Positions 49,035 to 59,866 of a DNA stretch of 64,000 bases are shown here, in pieces (the first letter of the stretch is position 1; every line of letters starts with the position of its first letter). The position numbers and the translations under genes were made by a program. The notes below the pieces were generated by a model. That model ran no database searches and was not told the origin of the DNA. It saw only the letters and a list, made by a program, of their open reading frames with translations. The DNA comes from Macrostomum hystrix (taxonomy: Eukaryota; Animalia; Platyhelminthes), in the NCBI GenBank assembly GCA_950097015.1, contig CATNEN010000002.1, positions 2,914,001 to 2,978,000 of the forward strand. The letters are read 5' to 3'.

Positions 49035-49685
49035 TATGATGCTTATGAGGATCGAATTGTTAGTGATAAAGTTTACGATTTGCAATATTTGTTTGGTTGT
49101 ATGGCGCAATTTTTTTGGTGACGAAACTATTTTTTCTTTTATTTGATATCCTGGTGCCATGGATACCATGGGTCCTATGGAGCCATGATGCACGGTTGTT
49201 TTGTGCGGTGTGAGATTTGCGTTTTTCTATCTCTCGACAGTTTTTTGAGTTAAGTAATAGATAATATATACTTCGCGGCTTTTTAAAAAGTTGTTCACGA
49301 AGCACGTATTATCAATATGGTCGAGTTTGCGCAACTTGAACACTCAAATAGACTCGAGTGTTTAGAGGTGGTGAATGATAGACGGTGACACCTATGTGAG
49401 GAGCATTTTTGTTGCACTATATTTATGATTGCGCAATTTTAAATCGGAGGCAAAGCAGTGCTTCCAATTCCAATTCTAATTTCCAATTTGAAATTTGAAT
49501 GAGAATTGTTATGCTTTTGCAAAGACTGTCGAAAGCCAAAACCAATGATATGCTATCTATATTTTTATTGGCCGATGACTGACTTCATCCCCACCTTTGA
49601 GCACAGGCATCGTATTTAAGTCATGACTCTAGATACATTTTTAATCATATAATCCTATTTTAAGTATATTTTTCGGTTTCAAAAA

Positions 49686-52316
49686 ATGGAAAAATCCTTC
49701 ATTGAAAAACTTCTTCAATGGGAGAAATGGACCTCCAGCAAAGTCCAGCAGCCCGCCACCGTCCAGCAGCCCGCCACCGTCCAGCAGCCCGCCACCGTCC
49801 AGCAGCCCGCCACCGTCCAACAGCCCGCCACCGTCCAACAGCCCGCCACCGTCCAACAGCCCGCTACCGTCCAGCAGCCCGCCACCGTCCAACAGCTCGC
49901 CACCGTCCAACAGCCCGCCACCGTCCAACAGCCTGCCGCCGTTGAGCCGAAGAAGATGCGGGCCGGGCAAGAGTACATCTGCCCTTTCGGCAATTGCTTG
50001 CCAATAAAAAAGTCCCGCTTCAGCGAGCACCTAAAAAGATCCCACGTGGCTGTGCTAGAGAGCACAAAGCAGCAGCTAGCAGCAACCGGAATTTCATCTG
50101 AAGCTGCGCTTCAAAAAGAGGCCTTAAAAGCTGTGCGTGCGGCAGTTAAGCTGCACACCCATCAGCTGACTGCCAGCCCGATGCCGGAGATGGCGCAGCA
50201 GTGCCACATCTGCGGCGAGTGGCGGAATAATCCGAATCTATTATCCAGCCACTTGCGCAACAGCCATCCTGTCGCTGTCAGAGCGGCAAAACAACAGAAG
50301 CTGGCTGACGCCAGGTTAAAAGTGCCGGCCAGAGCGGTGGTGGCCGAGCATCCTTCAGCCGCTGATGTTGAGGCCCTGTGCGTCTTCCTAGCGAGCTCGC
50401 TCGGCGGACGCAGAAAACCGGCTACGGTCCGGGAAATCCGGTGCTATCTGAAACGGCTGATGCAGCGCCTCGACATAGTCAGCTTTGAGCAGCTGATCGG
50501 CGAGGATCGGCGTGGCGCGGTAAGCGCCTACTTGGACAGCCTGACATACTCCATGCTGAAGCAGACAGTTTCCGCCCTTGAGAAGGTCGGAAACTTTCTG
50601 ATTTCGGCGCGCTACCAGCGCATCTTCGATGGTGGGCTGCAGCAGCAGCTCACCTCGTACCGGCAGGCCACCAAAAATTGGACGGCGAGCTCGAGCTCGT
50701 CGGCTGCTGCTAGCGCCGACCTGCCTGCTGCTGGCGCCGACCTGCCTGCTGCTGGCGCCGACCTGCCTGCTGCTGGCGCCGACATGCCTACTGCTGGCGC
50801 CGACCTGTCTGCTGCTGGCGCCGACCTGCCTGCTACTGGCGCCGACATGCCTACTGCTGGCGACGACCTGCCTGCTGCTGGCGCCGACATGCCTACTGCT
50901 GGCGCCGACCTGCCTGCCTGTAGCGCCGACCTGCCTGCCGCCGCTACTACGCTTCTAGAATTTTCATTTAGCTCGGACAACCATAACGGATTATTAGATG
51001 AATTATACGAGAATATTTACGGCACTGACGATGCTAGAGCTACAGATGCCTCCGCTTCCGCCGTCCTACCTGGCGCCGACCTGCCTGCTGCTGGCGCCGA
51101 CCTGCCTGCTGCTGGCGCCGACCTGCCTGCTGCTGGCGCCGAAATGCCTACTGCTGGCGCCGACCTTTCTGCTGCTGGCGCCGACATGCCTGCTGCTGGC
51201 GCCGACATGCCTACTGCTGGTGCCGACCTGCCTGCTGCTAGCGCCGACCTGCCTGCTACTGGCGCCGACCTGTCTGCTGCTGGCGCCGACCTGCCTGCTG
51301 CTGGCGCCGACATGCCTACTGCTGGCGCCGACCTGTCTGCTGCTGGCGCCGACCTGCCTGCTACTGGCGCCGACATGCCTACTGCTGGCGCCGACATGCC
51401 TACTGCTGGCGCCGACCTGCCTGCTGCTGGCGCCGACATGCCTACTGCTGGCGCCGACCTGCCTGCCTGTAGCGCCGACCTGCCTGCCGCCGCTACTACG
51501 CTTCTAGAATTTTCATTTAGCTCGGACAACCATAACGGATTATTAGATGAATTATACGAGAATATTTACGGCACTGACGATGCTAGAGCTACAGATGCCT
51601 CCGCTTCCGCCGTCCTACCTGGCGCCGACCTGCCTGCTGCTGGCGCCGACCTGCCTGCTGCTGGCGCCGACCTGCCTGCTGCTGGCGCCGAAATGCCTAC
51701 TGCTGGCGCCGACCTTTCTGCTGCTGGCGCCGACATGCCTGCTGCTGGCGCCGACATGCCTACTGCTGGCGCCGACCTGCCTGCTGCTAGCGCCGACCTG
51801 CCTGCTACTGGCGCCGACCTGTCTGCTGCTGGCGCCGACCTGTCTGCTGCTGGCGCCGACCTGTCTGCTGCTGGCGCCGACCTGCCTGCTGCTGGCGCTG
51901 AAGTCGACTCCGCCAAGCCGCCGGGTAACCGCTTGGCTCGAAAGCGACGTCCAGAGTTCAGCGCCAGCACCAGCGCCGCTAGTCCAGCGAGCAAGCGGCC
52001 AGAAGTTGAGCGGCAAGAAGTTCAGCCAGGCTGCCTTGTTCTCGGCTACTGGCCAACGGACGGCGAAAACTGGTGGCCGGCAATGGTTTGCCTACCCAGC
52101 CACGGTTCGAGCTGCACAAAAGGCATTTGCACTCTAAAAATTCATGTGCAATTTTTCGATAAACCGCCGTCGAGTGCCTGGCTCCACCGGTGGCAGCTTG
52201 TAAGCGGAGCAGAGCCGACTCCAAACAATGCCTCCAAAAAGCTCCGCCAAGCCTACGAACAAATGGCGAAGGCCAGCAAACTCGAAATTGAGTCTCGCTT
52301 GGACAGATTTTTATAA
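49686..52316 (+). CDS. Intronless 876-aa paralog: VQQPAT repeats, 2 C2H2 fingers, YR core-binding-like domain, AGADLP repeats, PWWP; no catalytic domain
   Basis: AGQEYICPFGNC...SRFSEHLKRSH matches AGRCYTCPYRPNC...SRFAQHVRDCH. FLASSLGGRRKPATVREIRCYLKRL matches YLNSLKGAMGGGLAESTIRKVGSYMNRL. PGCLVLGYWPTDGENWWPAMV...IHVQFFDKPPSSAWL is a PWWP. Confidence 0.85.
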   Translation: MEKSFIEKLLQWEKWTSSKVQQPATVQQPATVQQPATVQQPATVQQPATVQQPATVQQPATVQQPATVQQLATVQQPATVQQPAAVEPKKMRAGQEYICPFGNCLPIKKSRFSEHLKRSHVAVLESTKQQLAATGISSEAALQKEALKAVRAAVKLHTHQLTASPMPEMAQQCHICGEWRNNPNLLSSHLRNSHPVAVRAAKQQKLADARLKVPARAVVAEHPSAADVEALCVFLASSLGGRRKPATVREIRCYLKRLMQRLDIVSFEQLIGEDRRGAVSAYLDSLTYSMLKQTVSALEKVGNFLISARYQRIFDGGLQQQLTSYRQATKNWTASSSSSAAASADLPAAGADLPAAGADLPAAGADMPTAGADLSAAGADLPATGADMPTAGDDLPAAGADMPTAGADLPACSADLPAAATTLLEFSFSSDNHNGLLDELYENIYGTDDARATDASASAVLPGADLPAAGADLPAAGADLPAAGAEMPTAGADLSAAGADMPAAGADMPTAGADLPAASADLPATGADLSAAGADLPAAGADMPTAGADLSAAGADLPATGADMPTAGADMPTAGADLPAAGADMPTAGADLPACSADLPAAATTLLEFSFSSDNHNGLLDELYENIYGTDDARATDASASAVLPGADLPAAGADLPAAGADLPAAGAEMPTAGADLSAAGADMPAAGADMPTAGADLPAASADLPATGADLSAAGADLSAAGADLSAAGADLPAAGAEVDSAKPPGNRLARKRRPEFSASTSAASPASKRPEVERQEVQPGCLVLGYWPTDGENWWPAMVCLPSHGSSCTKGICTLKIHVQFFDKPPSSAWLHRWQLVSGAEPTPNNASKKLRQAYEQMAKASKLEIESRLDRFL
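50710..51900. repeat. 18-bp coding repeats (CTGGCGCCGACCTGCCTG) with a 549-bp internal duplication
   Basis: The unique block TTLLEFSFSSDNHNGLLDELYENIYGTDD occurs twice, 549 bp apart. Confidence 0.92.
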
Positions 52317-52482
52317 AGAATTAACTGTTTGCTCTTATCTATTATTTGCACGAAACTTTTTAATCTTTAACTTTATACTTGTAATTGCTCCGTAATATAC
52401 TTGTAATAACTGCGTAAAAATGTATAAAACTTGTACCATAATTCAAAAACACATTTCGCTGCGCTATTTCAATGCTAGACCA

Positions 52483-54152
52483 AAGACTGAGAAATGACAC
52501 TAGATGGGGCAGATATACACAGCTGCACAGATGACGCATGCGGCCTGCTATTTCAGCAGTTTCTAACTGTCTTGAAGCGGCGCCTTCTATATACAGAATC
52601 AAATAGAAGACTCAGAAATGACACTAGATGGGGCAGATATACACAGCTGCACAGATGACGCATGCGGCCTGCTATTTCAGCAGTTTCTAACTGTCTTGAA
52701 GCAGCGCCTTCTATATACAGAATCAAATAGAAGACTAAGAAATGACACTAGATGGGGCAGATATACACAGCTGCACAGATGACGCATGCGGCCTGCTATT
52801 TCAGCAGTTTCTAACTGTCTTGAAGCGGCGCCTTCTATATACAGAATCAAATAGAAGACTCAGAAATGACACTAGATGGGGCAGATATACACAGCTGCAC
52901 AGATGACGCATGCGGCCTGCTATTTCAGCAGTTTCTAACTGTCTTGAAGCGGCGCCTTCTATATACAGAATCAAATAGAAGACTCAGAAATGACACTAGA
53001 TGGGGCAGATATACACAGCTGCACAGATGACGCATGCGGCCTGCTATTTCAGCAGTTTCTAACTGTCTTGAAGCGGCGCCTTCTATATACAGAATCAAAT
53101 AGAAGACTCAGAAATGACACTAGATGGGGCAGATATACACAGCTGCACAGATGACGCATGCGGCCTGCTATTTCAGCAGTTTCTAACTGTCTTGAAGCGG
53201 CGCCTTCTATATACAGAATCAAATAGAAGACTCAGAAATGACACTATAGATGGGACAGATATACACAGCTGCACAGATGACGCATGCGGCCTGCTATTTC
53301 AGCAGTTTCTAACTGTCTTGAAGCGGCGCCTTCTATATACAGAATCAAATAGAAGACTAAGAAATGACACTAGATGGGGCAGATATACACAGCTGCACAG
53401 ATGACGCATGCGGCCTGCTATTTCAGCAGTTTCTAACTGTCTTGAAGCGGCGCCTTCTATATACAGAATCAAATAGAAGACTCAGAAATGACACTAGATG
53501 GGGCAGATATACACAGCTGCACAGATGACGCATGCGGCCTGCTATTTCAGCAGTTTCTAACTGTCTTGAAGCGGCGCCTTCTATATACAGAATCAAATAG
53601 AAGACTCAGAAATGACACTAGATGGGGCAGATATACACAGCTGCACAGATGACGCATGCGGCCTGCTATTTCAGCAGTTTCTAACTGTCTTGAAGCAGCG
53701 CCTTCTATATACAGAATCAAATAGAAGACTAAGAAATGACACTAGATGGGGCAGATATACACAGCTGCACAGATGACGCATGCGGCCTGCTATTTCAGCA
53801 GTTTCTAACTGTCTTGAAGCGGCGCCTTCTATATACAGAATCAAATAGAAGACTCAGAAATGACACTAGATGGGGCAGATATACACAGCTGCACAGATGA
53901 CGCATGCGGCCTGCTATTTCAGCAGTTTCTAACTGTCTTGAAGCAGCGCCTTCTATATACAGAATCAAATAGAAGACTAAGAAATGACACTAGATGGGGC
54001 AGATATACACAGCTGCACAGATGACGCATGCGGCCTGCTATTTCAGCAGTTTCTAACTGTCTTGAAGCAGCGCCTTCTATATACAGAATCAAATAGAAGA
54101 CTAAGAAATGACACTAGATGGGGCAGATATACACAGCTGCACAGATGACGCA
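52483..54152 (-). repeat. Reverse-complement array of the same 124/126-bp unit, ~13.5 copies
   Basis: GAAATGACACTAGATGGGGCAGATATACACAGCTGCACAGATGACGCATGCGGCC is the reverse complement of the 47698 unit. Confidence 0.96.
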
Positions 54153-56282
54153 GAGAAATCAGTGGGAAGAGTGGTAAAGGCGTGGACGTGGAAGGACAAT
54201 GGGATCGTTGGCAATGGTTACTCAGCAGCTTTTGGGATGATCTCCAAAGATAGCCATAGAGCCCATTGACAAGACAACAGCTTTTAGCAAATTGTCTGAT
54301 GATGAAGGGTTAGCAAAGCCAAACTTAGCTGCCGCCGAGAACAAAGCAAAGCCTTTTTCAGAATGCTGAATGCTGAAATTCAGAATGCTGAGGAGAATTT
54401 CAGTGTCAGAGTGAGCTGGAAAGCTGAGGCTATTGACCGAAATCTATTCAGGTTTAGTGTCGGACAACCCTCCAACTAAGCAATAAGCAAAGGGAAGATG
54501 CAGAGTCACTTGTCTCACGGCTCTAATACACTGTGGCGTTCTTCAGCCCTGTCTTTGTGTGCGCTCTTATTGTATTGCGCAATCTTAATTGGTCAGTCTA
54601 CTAGAGCTTTTGATATTCCATGTGCGCTTGGTCATGCTTTAGGTGTGTGCTGAACAGACAAAGCTTAGGCCTTCGCCGTCAGTTTCGTGGGAAGAAAGGG
54701 AAGGAAATGGGGTGGAAAGTCTTTTGGAGGCCGCTCAATTCGAAAAAATTATCGATCAAAACTTGTCTCTGTACACTCATCCAAACGCAAGGCTCTGAGA
54801 GCCAAAAGCTAATGTACATTGCCTACACAGACCCTCTGACAACTAAATGTGTCATTCTGTCCGTGTGAGGCCTGGATGAATAGTGTTTAGCTGAGATAGT
54901 CATGGTCGACGCCCTGGTTTGGAAGAGGATCGAGCGATTGAAGCGAAGTGAGAGTGGAAAGGAAAAGGGAAGACTTGCCTTTGCACCGGAACATCAACAC
55001 TGGATAATATAATCTTTATACTGCATCCATGAAAACTTTCGAATTTCTAAAGTTGCTAATACAAAAATAAGGAGTAGTGGCAAGAAAGTGTAACTTTTTT
55101 CTGGGCTGGGCTGAACTTTCTTCTGGGCTGAAATTCTCGCAAATCCAATATGTAGAAAATCTACATAAAATATAGTGTAGAATTTAAATTTAACTAAAGA
55201 GGAAGAAAATCTATTGCTTCCGGCTAAGAAAATTGGCTTATTCGCAGCGGCGAAATGAAGGGAACAAATCCCAGAAACTTTGATTTAGGCTAAATTCCAA
55301 GGCTAATGCTTATATCCTCATGCCTTTTGTGAGTGCGAGGGATAATAAAAAGCAGAGCCAAGACTCAAGTCAAGTGATAGCAGTATAGGGGTGTATGAAA
55401 TACACTAGCTCTATACACTATACACTAGTCATTACAGTTTAATTACTGTAATTTAATGTGACAATAAATCTAAATGCATTAGACTGCATTTATTATACTT
55501 GCGCTATCGCAGTGGATAGAATGGATTATTCTCGCTATACGGCAAAATCCCTCTGATTGTAATTTGTAGATGAGCTATGCATAGCTTGAAATAAAGACCA
55601 AGCAATGAGAAATATTCATCTTAAACGCTTCGGAATTTAAGAAAAAACTCATTCACTACTACGAGTCTTAGTTTAAGTAGCATGCGATGAATATAAAATA
55701 TAAATTTGACAAAACGACAAAAAACCCCACGAGTCTTTGTATCGAAGGTCGTGTCATTTTGTCCAAAAGCGAGTTCCGCACATGAACGGCAATTTTGTCC
55801 AAAACCGTGTCATTAGTGTGCCCCTCCCCCGCCCCACCCCCACCCACCACCCCGGCCCAGCTACCCACCGGCCAATCACGGCGCAGCTGGGGGAGGGGCA
55901 GCCTGGGGCGAGGACCAAAAAGGGCGGCCCAGCCAACCAGCGCGCAGCCAACACAATGGCGGCTAAGCGGCTTACACCGCTGAGCCTTTAACGCCAAAAC
56001 AACAATGCCAAAAACAACTGCGAGTGCACTTGTTGCGCGGGGGGGGGGGCGAGTGCACTTGAGCAGAGCAAGCGCACGTGCACAACAATGTTTATCAGTT
56101 AATAAAAGGCAATTGGGCCTTTATTAACTTATTTTGATGAAATCGAAAACCTCAGTCGCAGTAGAAATTACAGCATGCATGTTTAAGGCGCTATACGACT
56201 GCAACCGACCAAGTAAAATTTACTAATCGGGCTGCTGAAGTGTCGGTTTTAATGTTGAAGACCAGCTGTTATAGTCACTAAA

Positions 56283-56481
56283 TGTTGAAAACTAGCTACA
56301 TGCAGGGTATAGTCACTTTATCCTTGACAGTGATAACATGAAAATGTGGATAGTTCCTAGATGAAACAAGAAAGACATTATTATCATTGCTTTCATGTTG
56401 AAAACTAGCTATATGAGTATAGGCACTCTATCCTGGACAATCATAACATGAAAATGTTGATAATTACTAGATGAAACAAGA
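56283..56481. repeat. Diverged ~110-bp tandem duplication
   Basis: TGTTGAAAACTAGCTA...ATAACATGAAAATGT...CTAGATGAAACAAGA occurs twice. Confidence 0.75.
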
Positions 56482-56493
56482 CATGGTTATCAT

Positions 56494-56640
56494 CCCAAGT
56501 AACCAGCTACGTCGGATATATGTCGGAACTACGTCGGCGACATACATCGGTCGACAATCGGATTTTTCGCGCCAGCCAACGTCGGTAAGAGATCGGCAAC
56601 CAACATCGGTACACGGCAGAAATACTCTCCATATACGACG
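56494..56640 (+). mobile_element. Possible CMC/EnSpm-type terminus (CCCAAGTAACC) with subterminal TCGG repeats, interrupted by the LTR at 56679
   Basis: CCC-starting end followed by about 8 (G/A)TCGG motifs. No partner end in the window. Confidence 0.4.
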
Positions 56641-56678
56641 TACGCATTTTTGTAGGAATTTTTATTTCTTGCTGCTTG

Positions 56679-57390
56679 TGAAATGTTACAATTTAACCCA
56701 TGCGATTCACACCTATATGCGCTGATAAAAAACCAAAAATATCCTGTTTTCCTATTATGCGAAAATGCGTATGCAAGAGCTCCAGGATTCGCTCAAAGTC
56801 TCCTTTCGAATGACCGCCTTTGGTCAAGCACTATAAAAGTTCTTGCACTGAGAGAAAAGTGTTTCCCCAACCCTTAACCCTTACCCTTTTCCTCCCTGAA
56901 ATCATCTTACTCAAGCCAGCCGCAGTTAATATAATCCACTCACTTACTTAGCTAGCCATTGCTATCCCTGGCCAGCTACAAAGCTTAGACTACACCTTAG
57001 ACAAAGCTAAACTTATTTCATTAAGTTAGAATTCCTTGAATTCCTACCTGACCTTTAATTTGAAACCATACCCCCTCCGATTGTGATCTAACAAGAGGAT
57101 CCGTGAGTAACCACTAACAACTCGTGTTTGGGAAACACCTCTCAGTTAATTTTATAGAAAGTTTCATCATTGTGATTGCTTATTCTAAGACCATTTAAAT
57201 ATAATCCGATCGAGAGTATAATATCTAAAGTGTGTGCAACATCAGGAAAAGATAGTCGATTTCCCACGCCTCCTTATTTCTTAGAAATAGCCTTTCGTAA
57301 TGGGCTATTGTCGGAAACAACAATCGAATATAACAAGAATATTTATTAAGCTAGACATAGATAGATTAGAGACGAAACTAAAATATTTCA
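56679..57390 (+). repeat. LTR (712 bp)
   Basis: Matches 63179-63890; I noticed only 2 differences (56753/63253 and 56805/63305). Confidence 0.93.
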
Positions 57391-57391
57391 C

Positions 57392-57405
57392 TGGTTCCCT
57401 GACCG
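57392..57405 (+). other. Primer-binding site complementary to tRNA-Glu(CTC) 3' end
   Basis: TGGTTCCCTGACCG, 1 nt after the LTR; metazoan tRNA-Glu(CTC) ends ...CCGGUCAGGGAACCA. Confidence 0.85.
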
Positions 57406-59866
57406 TCTTTTCCTCCATGCACTCACTTTATTTCTACACCATGACTAAATTCATTATTGCTTAAGGCATGGCTGAGGGGCGTGGGGGGAGTAATCTGGCA
57501 ATTCCTTTCTGCAATTAATATTAAATTTTGTCGAGTTCGAAAAAATCTTGTGTTCTCCCGTGTTTCACTGCGTCCTCAATGAAATTCGAGGGCCCTCTTA
57601 AACCACAGTCAGTCAGTCAGTTAGTTAATTAGTCAGTCAGTCAGCTAGTTAGTTAGTCAGCTAGTAAGTCGATTATCGATAAATCAGTTTAAATGAAGAT
57701 AATGAAGCTTGAGGTGTTGGCGCGCAGATATAAATTAAAATCCTCCTAAGACTTTTAATAAGTCATAGTCGGCAAAACCTCTTTCTTCAACACCTTTCCG
57801 AGTCGTCAAGTTAGGTTTAGATTTCGTTGAATAAATTCAACACTCTCTAAATAACTTCTCAACTCAAAATCATTTCCCTCCAACTCTGCAAGTGTATAGC
57901 CTCCCTATCGTTGAAATTGGTTGGAAATTCCTCAAGTAAATTGTTAAATCAGACGGCAAGTCTTCTAAACGAAGATGTCTCTACTCCTCCAACGTAGAGA
58001 ACCATGCAAATTGTCTTCTAAAAAGACGATTCTGCCTAATATTTTATCTTAGACGCTTTCACTTGTAGAACTTTTAGCAACAAAAAACTTTTAAATTTAA
58101 CATAAAATCCTATAGTTACGCATTATCGCTTCTCTGCTGGGTCAACGCGAAAAAGTTTTTCTTTAACCAAACACTGTTGTCCTAAAGCAGCTTTCCGTTG
58201 TGTGGTCCATGCAAACAACCACGCGCTTCTCCCCAATTCTCCGCTGCGTCAACACAACAAAATTTTTCGTTTTTAACCAAACATCATTCTCCCAACGCAG
58301 CTTTAGGTTATACAAATATATGCAGAGCCTTTGGCCTTCCCAAGGCCCTCATTCATCAGCCCTCTAGATTTTTTTTGGGAAATTTTCTGCCTGAATCATT
58401 GATCAGGTTCGAAGCTGCATTCTGCTAAAACTTTTCTCGTTTACTTTACTCAGCCTCACTTGCATGTGAACCCAATATCCCATTTCTTTACGCAAACAAC
58501 AGCCCTATTCCATCATCCTGGCAAATTGGGTCAATAACGGCTCCCTCGGGATCGCTGGTTAAACTTTTCGCCGACAATGTTTCTCATTTCCCCTCCTAGG
58601 TCTTGTTTGTTCTTTCTCCTGAAACAGCATTGCAAATTCAGCACCATCTACGTCTCAATTTCATCAATTTTTGACTTGCCTCACGGGCAAGCTGGCAAAC
58701 AATGGAGGTCACGGCCCCAAACATCTATAAAACCTCCTCCCTCTATTCACATTCATCACTCTCAAAACTCAACTAAACTCAGTCATTCTGCATCTCCTCT
58801 GCGATCCGACCTACCTGCCGCATCCTTCGCCGTGTCTGCTGAAGCACTGCTAGTGCCATCCTGATCGTTCTTTCCTGAATTCCATCCTGAATTTCTCATT
58901 CTTCGTCTGCTTCTTCAACCACTTGTAACCAGACACATCTAACGCTGTAAATATACTTGATATGCTTACAAAATTCTATAAAAAAGCACATAAATATATA
59001 CCTTTTTATATCATATATAACATTACCTACTTAAGCTGTATATAAATATTTAACTACCTCTCTCTATGCTTACACACGTCAACGTTTCTGTATATATTTC
59101 CTCGTTCACAAACGAACATTTATCTAATAGGATGTATAATGAAGTTCCGCACTACACAAATAATATCTATTGCTTTCCTTTGAACATATCCTCTTGTAAA
59201 TACATATTTTCATATGTAACGACATGCGTATACCTGTCTTAATACTTATACTTTCAATAAAAGTGGTAAAATGAATAAATAAAAAATAAAAAACTCAAAA
59301 AATAACTAAAATATATTACCATCTAACTTGTCTTTGTTTATAACGTGAATATATATATAACCAAAAAACAAAAAATCACAAAATCAAAAAAGCAAATAAA
59401 AATAACAATATTAGAAAACAAAATAAAAGCAGTAATCTAAAAAGCGTCTAATGATTTAAATATTCCTACAACTTTTAAAATCCCTCCTCGCTATTACACT
59501 TTGCATTCTTTGCCTGACTCCAAAACCACGTGGTACCTATTCATTAATTAATTATTCGCCGTACTGATTCAATCTGAACGGAGAACACATTTCTCAATCA
59601 GACGCAGATGAACACGTTTAAATAAAAGCCGCATTACTTATTCTGAATCCCCAAAATTGCCAGAACTCCGGACCACGTGCCCGAAAGCCGTTGCCTGTTG
59701 CAACAAACCCTCTTCTTACTACTCGCAGTAACCAATACTTGCTTCACCATCAAGTTCTTACTCCGCCTTATCCGAATCTTGTTTTGCATTCAACTCCACA
59801 AGAGAGTTTAAAAGTACATGAATTTATTGCCTAGTTATACTCGCTCTGGAAAAAAATAATCAATCA

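Noticed and set aside
46129-54152. 59-bp and 124/126-bp arrays as CRISPR arrays or as protein-coding
   Set aside because: Units are contiguous with no unique spacers; the ORFs (TLDGADIHSC...) simply follow the repeat and are broken by the 2-bp indel.
54153-54500. Minus-strand coding-like stretch running into the right array, possibly the missing half of the 47387 ORF
   Set aside because: It contains stops, and I see no similarity to the core-binding or catalytic domains.
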